From positions 248,001 to 312,000 of the forward strand of contig OZ037833.1 of assembly GCA_964035575.1 (NCBI GenBank): a stretch of 64,000 bases of DNA, written 5' to 3'. A program made the translations under genes and the position numbers. Positions 35,275 through 47,034 of the stretch are shown here, piece by piece. This stretch comes from Rhynchopus sp. YZ270_cl-10. Taxonomy: Eukaryota. The notes under the pieces are model-generated. The model was not told the DNA's origin. It saw only the letters and a list, made by a program, of their open reading frames with translations, and ran no database searches. Position 1 is the first letter of the stretch, and each line of letters starts with the position of its first letter.

Positions 35275-35805
35275 GGGGGAGAGGGGGAGAGGGGGAGAGG
35301 GGGAGAGGGGGAGAGGGGGAGAGGGGGAGAGGGGGAGAGGGGGAGAGGGGGAGAGGGGGAGAGGGGGAGAGGGGGAGAGGGGGGAGAGGGGGAGAGGGGG
35401 AGAGGGGGAGAGGGGGAGAGGGGGAGAGGGGGAGAGGGGGAGAGGGGGAGAGGGGGAGAGGGGGAGAGGGGGAGAGGGGGAGAGGGGGAGAGGGGGAGAG
35501 GGGGAGAGGGGGAGAGGGGGAGAGGGGGAGAGGGGGAGAGGGGGAGAGGGGGGAGAGGGGGAGAGGGGGAGAGGGGGAGAGGGGGAGAGGGGGAGAGGGG
35601 GAGAGGGGGAGAGGGGGAGAGGGGGAGAGGGGGAGAGGGGGAGAGGGGGAGAGGGGGAGAGGGGGAGAGGGGGGAGAGGGGGAGAGGGGGAGAGGGGGAG
35701 AGGGGGAGAGGGGGAGAGGGGGGAGAGGGGGAGAGGGGGAGAGGGGGAGAGGGGGAGAGGGGGAGAGGGGGAGAGGGGGAGAGGGGGAGAGGGGGAGAGG
35801 GGGGG
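35275..35805. repeat. Polypurine 8-mer satellite (GGGGGAGA)n with occasional 9-mer variants
   Basis: ~530 bp containing only G and A on the + strand. Confidence 0.98.
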
Positions 35806-36196
35806 TTTTTGATAAATAAATATTTTTTTTTGAATAGATAAAAGCAATAAATTACTTTTTATTTAAAACAAAAGGCACTCCGTATCCGGGAGAGGGGGGA
35901 GGGAGAAGAAAAAAAACCCCACCCTCTATCCTTTTAGGGGTATTAGGAGGGGGAGACGGGTAGTTAAAGGTCGCTATGTCAGGTGCCCACCCTACGTAAA
36001 CTAATCTGAGATACACACGCCTCACAAAGACCCGCGATAGGAGTTGGAAAGGATGGGAATGTCATCCATTTTTTTTCGTGATTTACATTTTGAATATCAA
36101 ATTGGGGGGGGGGAAATGGGTGGTCCTTTTGTATAATAGTCTCTACATAGTGGGGATACAAAAATAAGGTGGAGGGGGGTGTTTTGTTTTACCAGA

Positions 36197-36520
36197 AAAA
36201 GTTGACTTGAAATACAAAAAAGAAGAAGGCCTTCTCGTGAACAGTGTACCTTGGTGCCTGACCGGTTGTACCGCGAATGTGGTCCTACATCCATTTCGAG
36301 GTTAACATCTTAATAGAGGGAGATGGTCTAAAAGGGAACGTTGAAAACGAAAGAAAAGTTGACTTGAAATACAAAAAAAAGCCCTCTCGTGAACAGTACC
36401 TTGGTACAATAACCAGGGGGTGGACACCCAACCATGCAGTCCTACAATCCATTTCGTGGTTTACATCTGAATAGAGGGAGATCGTCTAAAAAGGAACGTT
36501 GAAAACGAAAGAAAAGTTTC
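36197..36520. repeat. Two tandem ~160-bp copies of the dispersed repeat also seen at 8497, 12170 and 49020
   Basis: aaaagttgacttgaaatacaaaaaa...ctcgtgaacagt...gaacgttgaaaacgaaagaaaagtt occurs twice. Confidence 0.85.
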
Positions 36521-36608
36521 TAAAAATGACCCACTAAGGCTGAGCCCCCTGTACTTAGTCCACCCTGATGTCATGCAATTTTGTAAAAGGCCTCTCATGT
36601 TCCATTTC

Positions 36609-39600
36609 TCAAAGCGCTGACGCGGTGATTTCACTCAGCTGCAGCTGATGTTTGAACACCGCAGCCTCGTCTGCCCCTATCCCTGGTGAGGCACGGTTGC
36701 GCTCTTCATCCCAATATGGCAGCGGGAGTGAGTCCGAGAGCCCCTGGTACGTGCCGTCGTCACCTCCGTGCGCAACAGAGCTTGGGAAATGCGTGGCAGA
36801 CAGTACTTTGCTTGGTCGTGGAACGTCTGCCAGGGCCAGCTGCGGCTGTGCTGGTCTTGCGTACTCGACTGAGGGTGTGTTGTCCACAGCCTGCGTCCGC
36901 CCCGCCACAGGAAGCGTCGAGAGCAGATGAGACTGCTGTTCCAGTGCGGGCGGTGCATGTGGCTGGCTCTCAACGTCGAGCATGGAGAGGACCACTACTG
37001 CCTGCTCGACGGTTTGTTTGCTGTTGGGCGGTGGTGGTAGTGGTGTGGTGCTTTGTATAGTACAAAGGAGGAGGAAACGTTTGGAGATTGTTGGTAACAA
37101 TGGTACCTTTTTTTCCAGTAAAAATATATGAGTGAGAGAGAGGGGGTTCATGTATACCTGACATGCCCGTTGACCAGCGGGATCGTCTGCCCGGAATGGA
37201 TCGTTGTTGTGATGGTTTTGCGTGTCGGCCTTTGGTCCGGGTGGAGCACTGTCTCGACTGCGACTGTGGGGAGCGCTGGCGAGAGCGGCCTGTCATCGCG
37301 GAGCGTTATGACCACACGGGCTGAGGTGCCGGAGGGGGTGCAGCGGAGGAAGGCTGCTGGGTGTGCTGTCACGTGGAACATGTCGTCGGTGCCCCATGCC
37401 TCATCTGCCCCGAGCACACACCAATCGCCCCTACGGAAGGCCGACGCAGCCTTCCCCCGTGGCGCTTCCTTCTGCGTCGCCGCAAACCCAGAACCATTCC
37501 CAAAGTGCCCCCTGTCGTCGCACAACGTCCACAGCCCCACCCGGCTGCAGTACAGCCACCCCTCCCCCCGGTCCTGCCGGTACAACGGCCGCCCATGCAG
37601 CGCCTCGCCCTGCATTGTGTACCGCCCGCCCAGCTCCTCATACAACACACCCCTCCCTGCACCCACATGCACCATAAGCCCTGGGGGTGCTGTTGGGATC
37701 ACCATCTCGACACACTCATTCACCGGGACTATATGGTTCTCGGGTCCAAGCATGGCGCTTAGGGTCGGCTCACTGGGGGCTTTCTCACGGATCTGCGGTA
37801 CATACGACTCCACTCTAACCGGAGAATGCGGAGCCGGTGTGCCCATCACCGAGGACGTGGGGTGAACATCCGACAATACTTTTATTGGCGACGTCGCCAT
37901 GGGGGTGTGCGGGGCAGCCGAGACTCCCCTTGCCCTTCCTGCACCCGCTGCACGAAGACGTTCCAACTCTTCAACCAGGGCACGCTCTCTCACCTTTGCG
38001 TCAGACAGCTCCGCACGAACCAACTGCAGCTCTGCCGCCGAAGGAGATGGCACTGCATGGTGCACCTGAACCGGCGGTGCTGCCAACACACTGGGCAGTG
38101 CATTTGATACAAGCGGACTGCTTCCACGACTCGGTGACAACGGTACAGAACGCACCGGGCTTCCACTTCTCGGTGGTGCATGCATCGACGCCCTCGGATA
38201 GGTCTGCGGGTGGTACGCGGCCTCCTCTGGTGGTGCGCCTCCACGACGTTTCCTCGCACCTTCAAGAATTTGCGCAACACGCGCCCCGATAACATCTTGG
38301 GCACTGCCAATGCTATCTAGGTCGGCAGGTCTGGAGGGTTGGTGTACAGATGCCAGAGCTTCGTGTGTCGGGCTGGCAATATTTGCAGGCGGTGGGTGTT
38401 GTTGCTGCTGTTGTTGTTGTTGTTGTTGTTGTGCAAATTGGTCCAGAAAGAGGGGAGTGTCCTTAGGCATGACAGTCAAATTCTGCGGCAGCATCAGCCT
38501 TGCCTCGTACTCCGCATCGAGCAACACCCGAAACGCGCCCATCTCATGCTCCATTTCCACTATGCTGCCTATCTTATCATTGAACTGCGGGTTCTTTGTT
38601 AGCCCTACGGTGCGTACCCTTGCGCCTTTTTCTAATGCATAAACCATAGGTGACTCTTGAGGGAGCGCCGCCTGCTTGATGCGGTTCTGTGCAACGTGCG
38701 CCCATTGTGGACACTCTCTTGCCGCATTGAGAATTTCGTCTACTCTGGTGCTGACCTCATTTGGGGTCGGTGCAGTCGGGGCACCCTGCAGACCCCCCGT
38801 TGTGATGTGCGCTGTGTGGTACCCTCCTGATCTACTAATGGCAGGTGACACGCCGTACCTCCCTCCCCCGGGGGGGTCGGGTTGCAACAGACGGGTCCCC
38901 ATTGGGGGTGGGGGAACGCTGTGTACCACTACCTCCGCGGTTCGTGGCGCCGGGGCTGGGGCAGGACCTGCTCCGGTGGGTGATGTGATTGGTAGTGTCG
39001 GGGTCGCGGTGGTTGGGGCGAGCTTGCTCGCCTTTCTCTGTGCTAGCGCGCGGCGTTCCTCTTCGAGATACCGTTCTATAGCGGAGCTTTCCGCTGTTCT
39101 GTCTGGCGCGGTTTGCTGTCTCTCGATCGCCGCCCCAAGAGGACTCGATGCATCTGCAAAAGGACGTACGTTCACCCCTCCAGCATCCACCTCCGTCACC
39201 GCCCCAGGACGGTCCACATAGCTTCCCGCCAGCGTGATAACACAACAAACCTTATGCACAGTATGCCGCCCTACCGCAACCCCACACGCTGTCACCCCAT
39301 TATGCAATAAATTATTCCGATGACCCCTCGAAGGCACTCCATCATCCACCAAGAGTGACACCACAATGTGCCTTGCAGCTTCTGAACCGTATGTGATACA
39401 CTCCAAACAGGTTCCATCCCAGCGGCCGTTTTTGTTTAACCGAGAGCCAGCAGTGGAGCCGTCGCTTCCAGTATGCCCGGATCGTCCTGGGGCGAGATCG
39501 GTTGCGTGGGAGCGAGCTGCCGCGACCATGCCGATCGGGGAGGAGGAGAGCGCCTGAAGGACCGGCTGTGCAAGCAGTGCTGCGGCAGCCTCGAGATACG

Positions 39601-39790
39601 CCGCAGAACCTTCATTGAGGCGCAGCGGGGCCTGCCCTTTGCGCGAGAGATGTCCATCTGCGCCAATATTCGCTTGCTCTGCCGCAATGATCTCTGCATA
39701 TAAACCAGGCTGCGTCCGAGCCACATTAATTTCATGAAACACATCCTGCTCCAACACCGACATAGCACCCCATCCTGATGTCCCCGCCAT
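36609..39790 (-). CDS. CAP/SCP-domain protein with long Pro/Gln-rich extension; 2 exons (39790-37158, 37020-36609)
   Basis: EINVART.P, AARSHATD, GHTGSDGS, LLVDDGVPSRGHRNNL and GVAVGRH are CAP motifs. A GT-AG intron 37157-37021 joins GHV-S|KQTVEQ in frame with ORF 36609-37151. Confidence 0.85.
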
Positions 39791-39911
39791 CTGAACAAAA
39801 AATTCTTTGTTCAGGGGGGCACCCTCTGACCCAGCCTCTAGGTTGTTGTGTATTGGTGGTGCCTCAAAGGAAGGGGAAGAAGAAGAGGTGTTTAGGGATA
39901 AGAGAAAGACG

Positions 39912-39947
<36 letters not shown>

Positions 39948-41333
39948 CACTGTAACCTACCATGGTAGGCGTGACGCTGACTACACGGTAGTTATTGGTA
40001 GCCGCGCCACTGGTACTGCCTCTTGCTTAGTTTTGTTGTTGTGCTACTTAGCGGGGTTCCACACTGCGACGGGGCAGGGGGGACAGCTTCCCTTTTCCTC
40101 TTGGAGACGCTTTTTTTTTCTTGTTAGTAGTATTGCGTGGGTGGCAAAGAAGGCAGGCATGCAAAAGGGGAAAGACGAGTCTGCCTAAAAATATGCTACA
40201 TTACACAACAAAAAAAAAAATGCCAACAGTTCTGCCAACAATTTTGACTCACTACGAGTCCAAAAAAATTGTATCGCAAATGTTGAACACATTATTACTA
40301 AAAGGAAAAGTGCAGAAATAAATTTGTGGAAATTGTTTCATCGTGCATGAGGCCCTTGGCCATGAGCTCCACGAGAAGCAAAAACATAAACTGGGGAAGG
40401 GAACAAACAGCAAGCCTTCAGAGAACGTCCTATATTCGGCGAAGAAACGCAAAGAACAAAAGGAATGTGGATGAAATAGAAACACTGATACTGCTGTTGT
40501 ACGCACGGAGAGAAAAAAGTTGAGGGAAAACAAAGAAAATAGATTGAAGTCAAGCCTTAGCCTCTCTGTGCTGAGGTCATCTTGAAACAAAAAGCAAAAA
40601 AAGAAGGAAAAAAGAAACAAATAATTGCTAAAAAAAAAACGGGGTGTGCTGTAGATATGGGGGGTACCCACGCTCCTCGGAACTCCACCCTGTAAGAAAT
40701 AATCTACAACACGCCCAGCGCTCTGCTCTTCTGTGGGAATGCGAAAACGCTTGAGCAATTAGTTGTGAACAAAATTCCTCGGATTATGTGTGATTAAGAA
40801 CAGAGGAAGCAATGTTCGTTTCGACTTTTTTTTGTGTTTTTTTTTAGAATTAAATTTGAGAGAGGAAAAGAGTGAACGTTGAACAGGCAGAACACCCCAG
40901 ACACAAGCTGGAAAATATGGAACTTTCCGTATCAAGAATCGTGCCAAAGGGGGGTCTTTCAACAGAATGAAAAATGTCTATTAAGGGCGACTTCGCACAC
41001 ATACCGTATTTTTTGCACAATAAAAGCAAAAGTTAAGTTGTTTTGGCGCAAACAAAAGACGGCTGCTGTGAAACGAAAAAGTGAATTTGAAAGATTCTTG
41101 AAAATACAGGAAAAAAGGGCGAGTGCAGATTGCACAGACACCCCAGTAGGTGGAGGGAGGTGATAAAGCAAAACAAAATAATTGTGTTCCGATCAAGGCA
41201 TAGGTGGCTCTCTGCTGCAGGAGCAAACAAAAAGTCACGGTGTCTGAATCTAGTGTGTGGCTTCACTAAAAAAGCCTCGTAATTCCGCTTCCGTTCGTTC
41301 GCATTTTGAGGCAGTCCGCCCTGGTCCGTCGCC

Positions 41334-44300
41334 CTACATCCACATACCACCACCGCACACACAGCACGCCTCGTTCGCAGTCATGTCCTCCCGTGCATAG
41401 GTCGCACCGTGTCTTGCACAACGAGTGCGACGGCGGTACCAGCGGCAGCTGTGTTTGTTCTTCCCAATAGTACCCCTGCTGTCCACCCACAGGTTCCCAT
41501 CCGCCAGGTTCTTGTCCTTGCAGACAGTGGGGGTGGGGATCCCTGTGCTGGGCTCAGGCGTTGCGGGTGCAGACGTGTCTGGTGCGGACGTGGCAGGAGC
41601 AGAAGTTGCGGGTGCAGAAGTTGGTGATGCAGAAGTGACAGGTGCAGATGTCGTAGGTGCGGAAGTTGCGGGTGCGGATGTCGCAGGTGCGGAAGTTGCG
41701 GGTGCTGCAGTCGGTGGAGCAGATGTCGCAGGTGCGGAAGTTGCAGGTGCAGATGTCGCAGGTGCGGAAGTTGCGGGTGCAGATGTCGCAGGTGCAGAAG
41801 TTGCGGGTGCAGATGTCGCAGGTGCGGAAGTTGCGGGTGCAGATGTCGCAGGTGCGGAAGTTGCATGTGCAGATGTCGCAGGTGCGGAAGTTGCGGGTGC
41901 AGATGTCGCAGGTGCAGAAGTTGCGGGTGCAGATGTCGCAGGTGCGGAAGTTGCGGGTGCAGATGTCGCAGGTGCAGAAGTTGCGGGTGCAGATGTCGCA
42001 GGTGCGGAAGTTGCAGGTGCAGATGTCGCAGGTGCGGAAGTTGCGGGTGCAGATGTCGCAGGTGCAGAAGTTGCGGGTGCAGATGTCGCAGGTGCGGAAG
42101 TTGCGGGTGCAGATGTCGCAGGTGCGGAAGTTGCGGGTGCAGATGTCGCAGGTGCAGAAGTTGCGGGTGCAGATGTCGCAGGTGCGGAAGTTGCGGGTGC
42201 AGATGTCGCAGGTGCAGAAGTTGCGGGTGCAGATGTCGCAGGTGCGGAAGTTGCAGGTGCAGATGTCGCAGGTGCGGAAGTTGCGGGTGCAGATGTCGCA
42301 GGTGCGGAAGTTGCGGGTGCAGATGTCGCAGGTGCGGAAGTTGCGGGTGCAGATGTCGCAGGTGCAGAAGTTGCGGGTGCAGATGTCGCAGGTGCGGAAG
42401 TTGCGGGTGCAGATGTCGCAGGTGCGGAAGTTGCGGGTGCAGATGTCGCAGGTGCAGAAGTTGCGGGTGCAGATGTCGCAGGTGCGGAAGTTGCGGGTGC
42501 TGCAGTCGGTGGAGCAGATGTCGCAGGTGCAGAAGTAGCAGGCGCCGATGTAGCTGGTGCGGGGGTTGGTGGTGCAGACGTTGCGGGTGCGGAGGTGTCA
42601 GGGGCAGATGTGTCGGGCGCAGTGGTCGCTGGTGCTGATGTCACTGGTGCTGAAGTAGCAGGGGCAGAGGTCCGTGGTGCAGATGTGTCAGGCGCTGATG
42701 TGTCGGGTGCGGAAGTTGCCGGTGCAGAAGTTGCGGGTGCTGACGTGTCAGGGGCAGTAGTTGCGGGTACGGTAGTGTCAGGTGCAGACGTCGTCGGGAC
42801 CACAGTTGGCAGAGCTGTTGGAGGCGCTCCTGTGGGCACTGCCGTTGGGGGTGTGGGCGTGACGGGCATGAGGCACTCCCAAGCAACTTCGATGCCGCGC
42901 CCGCGGTCGGTTCCAGACGAGAACAAGATGGAGAGGCGGTTGTACGTGTTGGTGATGAGCTCCTCGCAGTCGTAGTCGTCGGGATAGGAGGGTGCTGTGT
43001 CGTTCACAAAGTGGTGCCAGCGTGTGGTGTCGAGGTACTCAAAGCGCATGTGGTTGGACATGGTATCGCACCTGAGCCACGCGAGCTTGATGCCTTCAGA
43101 CACATCTGGGCAGGCGAAGTTCCAGCAGGCCTCCGTGTTGTCCTCGTAGTACCCAGTCCCTGCTGGGTAGTCGAGCAGGCCGTTGAACCCGTCCATCTCT
43201 TCGCACTGTGCAGGCACCGCGGGCACGACAGGTGCTGGCGGCATCGGGCCTGCGGGAACTGCTGCAGGTGCAGGAGTGGCAGGCGGCGCAGGTGTCTCAG
43301 GCAGAGGCACGCTGGCACCCATGCAGTACTCGTTCTTCTGCAGGACATCGTCCCGCGCACACTCTGGGTGCTCCACACGTGCAGGCGTCATGTGTGCTAC
43401 CATCCACCCAATCCAGGTCAGCTCCGCCACACGCTGCGCAGCGGACACACGGTTCACAAACATCTCATTCGTCTTGAAGCCGGTTGTGCCCCAGTCCCAG
43501 ATCTTGCACCAGCTCGGGTAGTTGCCTTCGGCATCCTGTTTGCACCAGTACGGGAACTGCTGGGTGTCGGTGTAGGCACGGATGACGTTGTGCCCGTAGC
43601 CGTCGTTACGCCCCTTGTAGGTGCACGACTGCGGACCAGCCTCACGCACCTGCCCGGTCACAGGGTCCTGCCCGATGTGGTTGGGCGAGCCATCGTTGTT
43701 CCTGCGCCATGTCGACACCCACGTCACGTCCCCGTTCGCATGTGTCACCCACGGCTCGTCCTCACCCCAGTACGTGGCTGCCGTCACGTCGAGCGGCTCC
43801 GTCAGCATCTCCCCCTCGGAGTCGACCTCAGCCAGCATGTAGCGCTCAGGGTAGAGGGCGTCCTTCTGCATCTCACCCCAGCCAAGGAGGAAGCGGTTGC
43901 AGCCGTCCGCCTCCCCACCACCAAGCACAGCGAGGCGCACAGACTTCGGGATCACGCCGTCGGGAAGCGCAATCCACTTCACGTACACACGCTGGCCGTC
44001 GGGTGTGAAGCGGCCGAACCCGAGCTGCACCTTCTTCTCACGTGAGTAATCGCCCATCTTCTCCACACCGTGCCACGCAGAGTAGAAGTGGCAGCCACAC
44101 GCCAGAATCGCACCAGGCCACGTCACTGATGCCTGCCCAACGTTTTCGTTCCCCGCAATCATGCTTCTCTGATAGTAGCCGATGCCAGCCTTGTAGCGCA
44201 GCCCTGTTGTCCGCGGGAGGTCCGACGTCACCAGCACACCAAAGGTCTCAAACTGCGGGTGGTACGCAATTCTGTGGCCTGTTGTGTGTCCCTTGATGCT

Positions 44301-45182
44301 TTCCCAGGACCAACCGGCACGGCCACAGCTGCCAGGCACCTTGCTTGCGACGATGCGTGGGAAGTCGAGGCTGGGGTCTGCGTCGATGAGAGGCAGCATG
44401 TCGCCCACGTGGTGGTCGATCCCACCCGAGAGCCACACGGCGTACCAGTCACGCTTTGGGTCGTACGAGAGGTCCTGCAGGATGGTGCCACGGCCACGTG
44501 GGTAGCAGTACGTGTTGTGCTCTGCACAGGTCGAGCTCATCACGCTCCCACGTCTGATGATGTGCGACAGGTCGGCCTTCACCTCCACGAGGAACGGCTC
44601 AAGGCGCTCGGTGCCTTCGGCGCAGTCCTCGCACACAGCGAAGCAAAGCGTCGCAATGTCGCCACGTTTGTTGAACACCGTACCGCCACTCTGCGCGCAC
44701 TGCGGCAGCGTGATGTCCGCCACCACCTCGTAGCGCCCGGTAACCTCGCTGCGTGCCACCTTTGTGAGGCGGCTGTGTGCACCACGCTCTGTCGTGCTTG
44801 CGTTGAAGTCCTCCATCCACGAGAAGATCAATGCACCAGGCTCGCCGGGCACAGCCGTCGGATACATTGTGAAGGCTGTCCCTGTGCACGCGTTTTCAGA
44901 GGCGAGTGTCCAGGCAATGCGCCCACCCAGGCCTCCTTGTATGCCACCCTGCGGCGGTGCGTAGCCAGGGGTCAGGCACACAGGGTCCACGGTGAGCGAA
45001 CCTACGACCACAGACGGGTTCTGCTTGCAGGTGCACATCGTGTTGAAGATGTCGTCCATCTTCGGCATGCGCTCAGACGACGCCATGCACGTCCCGTACC
45101 ACTGCTGCTGCTCTGCAGTCAGGCCTACCCCCGCCACGTTCGCTGTGCCTGCTATGAGCAGTGCTGCCATATGCCTTAGCAT
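41334..45182 (-). CDS. Secreted mucin-like protein: Cys/Trp-rich N-terminal domain, CUB-like domain, long (ATSAP)n stalk, C-terminal Cys-rich module
   Basis: Signal-peptide-like N-terminus; CEEMDGFNGLLDYP...YEDNTEACWNFAC...LSILFSS...GIEVAWEC (CUB-like); C-terminal SCRWY...TANEACCVCGGG. Confidence 0.85.
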   Translation of the reverse strand: MLRHMAALLIAGTANVAGVGLTAEQQQWYGTCMASSERMPKMDDIFNTMCTCKQNPSVVVGSLTVDPVCLTPGYAPPQGGIQGGLGGRIAWTLASENACTGTAFTMYPTAVPGEPGALIFSWMEDFNASTTERGAHSRLTKVARSEVTGRYEVVADITLPQCAQSGGTVFNKRGDIATLCFAVCEDCAEGTERLEPFLVEVKADLSHIIRRGSVMSSTCAEHNTYCYPRGRGTILQDLSYDPKRDWYAVWLSGGIDHHVGDMLPLIDADPSLDFPRIVASKVPGSCGRAGWSWESIKGHTTGHRIAYHPQFETFGVLVTSDLPRTTGLRYKAGIGYYQRSMIAGNENVGQASVTWPGAILACGCHFYSAWHGVEKMGDYSREKKVQLGFGRFTPDGQRVYVKWIALPDGVIPKSVRLAVLGGGEADGCNRFLLGWGEMQKDALYPERYMLAEVDSEGEMLTEPLDVTAATYWGEDEPWVTHANGDVTWVSTWRRNNDGSPNHIGQDPVTGQVREAGPQSCTYKGRNDGYGHNVIRAYTDTQQFPYWCKQDAEGNYPSWCKIWDWGTTGFKTNEMFVNRVSAAQRVAELTWIGWMVAHMTPARVEHPECARDDVLQKNEYCMGASVPLPETPAPPATPAPAAVPAGPMPPAPVVPAVPAQCEEMDGFNGLLDYPAGTGYYEDNTEACWNFACPDVSEGIKLAWLRCDTMSNHMRFEYLDTTRWHHFVNDTAPSYPDDYDCEELITNTYNRLSILFSSGTDRGRGIEVAWECLMPVTPTPPTAVPTGAPPTALPTVVPTTSAPDTTVPATTAPDTSAPATSAPATSAPDTSAPDTSAPRTSAPATSAPVTSAPATTAPDTSAPDTSAPATSAPPTPAPATSAPATSAPATSAPPTAAPATSAPATSAPATSAPATSAPATSAPATSAPATSAPATSAPATSAPATSAPATSAPATSAPATSAPATSAPATSAPATSAPATSAPATSAPATSAPATSAPATSAPATSAPATSAPATSAPATSAPATSAPATSAPATSAPATSAPATSAPATSAPATSAPATSAPATSAPATSAPATSAPATSAPATSAPATSAPATSAPATSAPATSAHATSAPATSAPATSAPATSAPATSAPATSAPATSAPATSAPATSAPATSAPPTAAPATSAPATSAPATSAPTTSAPVTSASPTSAPATSAPATSAPDTSAPATPEPSTGIPTPTVCKDKNLADGNLWVDSRGTIGKNKHSCRWYRRRTRCARHGATYAREDMTANEACCVCGGGMWM
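41560..42800 (-). repeat. Coding minisatellite: 15-nt unit in a 30-nt higher-order period encoding ATSAP
   Basis: ggtgcggaagttgcg / ggtgcagatgtcgca alternate through the core; edges are degenerate. Confidence 0.97.
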
Positions 45183-46041
45183 CGTGATGAGGAAGAAGAC
45201 AAAGACAAGGGAAAGAGGAAAGAGTTATCTGTGAAGGAGAGTTGGTGGCGGGATGGGGTGAGGTGGTGTGTACGGAAGGGCAGGTGCGCATGGCCAATTG
45301 CAGTGGGCGATACCTGAGGACAAGAGACGGATAAGGTGCGGAGGTGCTGTTGCAGCAGAACTTTCCTGCACATCCCCCAAAGCGTTTGCCGAAGGAGAAG
45401 TTGGGCAGAGTTTGCAACGGGGACTCCACGGCATACGGGGGGGTGACGGGAGATGGCCGTGGGAGCGCTGGGACCACCCGCCTACTAGAGCTACTGCTCT
45501 GCGATGGCCTAGCAGGGGACCTGGTGGGACCACATGTCCCAGCAGGCGTTGTCGGAGGTGCTGGAGCGGGAGGTGTAGGTGTAGACCTTCTCGGTGAAGG
45601 ATGAGGAGTGGGAGGCTGAAAGGAGGGAAGGGCCGTCTTACGCTAAGGGGTATCAATACCCACCTAAAGTGTCACAAAATCGTATTTTTTTTTCTTTGTG
45701 ACAAAAATGCATTTCAAAGTGATTTTAACCACATATTCCCACCCACACCACCCAAAATACTGCAACACCTTCTTGCTATAATGGCATTTTTGGCCCCCAA
45801 AACCCGGACATAGTAATCCCGTTCTTCAAATGTGTGCTCCACAAATATCTGCTCCACTTCTCAAGTTCTGCCTTGAGACGCTTGTACTCTGCCGCCAACT
45901 GCAAGTTCTGAGTGACGATTTTCGTTCATCTGCATCGCCAAGTTGTGCTCCTCCCATATCTTATGCATATCAGCCTGCAGGTCTTACTGTGTCCGTGCTG
46001 CTGGCTCTGCTGGCTGCGGCACCATCGGCTTCGCCATCATA

Positions 46042-47034
46042 TCATGCGTCAACTTCTTCTATTCCACTGTCGGCAACGATGTGCACGTTGCTAGGTCGTC
46101 CAGCCAAAGCCCAAGTGTCTGCTTGCATGCCTGTGAGGGCAACAGTCGACAATGCTGTGCAACCACCTAGGAAGCCGTTCCCGATCGAAGTGACTGCTTT
46201 CATGTCTGTGAGGTCAACAGTCGACAACGTCGTGCAATTACGTAAGAAGAAGTGCCCGATCGAAGTGACTGCTTGCATGCCGGTGAAATCAACAGTCGAC
46301 AACGTTGTGCAACCACCTAGGAAGCCGTTCCCGATCGAAGTGACTGCTTTCATGCCTGAGAGGTCAACAGTCGACAACGTCGTGCAATCGGATAAGAAGT
46401 AGGGCCCGATCGAAGTGACTGCTTGCATGCCGGTGAAATCAGCTGCCGACAACGTCCTGCAACCATCTAGGAAGCAGTCCCCGATCCAAGTGACTGCTTG
46501 CATGCCTGTGAAATCAACAGTCGACAACATTGTACAGCCAGCGAGGAACCCGTGCCCAATCGCGGTGACGAAGGGCAACTTTGGTAGGTCCAGTGTGGTG
46601 TCGCAGTGAGGAAGGGAAGTGTCACGAATGTCATCCACACTCGACACGCAACTGGAACCAATGCACGTTACTGCACTATTCTCGAAGAAGAAGTCATCTG
46701 GGATCGCAGTCACAACTTCTGCCTGCAGAAGCAAGGAAGCCACCTTCGGATCGGTCACCTCCTTCAACCTTTCATCTGTGATGTTGGTCTCACCCAGTGC
46801 ACGAAGTGCTGCTATGGCCTCGTATTTCGTCGTTTTCGTCAGTACTACTTTGTCCCCAGCACTCAGTTCTGTGATGTCCTCCCCTTCCTCCTTCCCTCCG
46901 AAGCCCATATGAAAGCTGTCTTCGGCCAACCCCGTTGCTGTCGCCACCTTCCGACGCAGGGCCTCCGTTGTGTCATCCTCACCCACCTCAATCACATGCT
47001 CCGTTTCGTCATACCCCTGTATCGTCACATCCAT
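46042..47034 (-). CDS. Ubl-LRR copy 3 (6 repeats), intact
   Basis: 330-aa ORF with the same Ubl head and 75-nt LRR units. Confidence 0.88.
   Translation of the reverse strand: MDVTIQGYDETEHVIEVGEDDTTEALRRKVATATGLAEDSFHMGFGGKEEGEDITELSAGDKVVLTKTTKYEAIAALRALGETNITDERLKEVTDPKVASLLLQAEVVTAIPDDFFFENSAVTCIGSSCVSSVDDIRDTSLPHCDTTLDLPKLPFVTAIGHGFLAGCTMLSTVDFTGMQAVTWIGDCFLDGCRTLSAADFTGMQAVTSIGPYFLSDCTTLSTVDLSGMKAVTSIGNGFLGGCTTLSTVDFTGMQAVTSIGHFFLRNCTTLSTVDLTDMKAVTSIGNGFLGGCTALSTVALTGMQADTWALAGRPSNVHIVADSGIEEVDA

Noticed and set aside
35275..35805. Telomeric repeat or chromosome end
   Set aside because: Not TTAGGG-like and flanked by ordinary genes on both sides.
35152..35847. Extensin-like (SPPLPL) or RGG-rich ORFs
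   Set aside because: Translations of the GGGGGAGA satellite with no unique coding flanks.
45225..45656. Possible exon or gene upstream of the mucin-like gene
   Set aside because: GC-rich and coding-like, but no consistent frame or motif; left uncalled.
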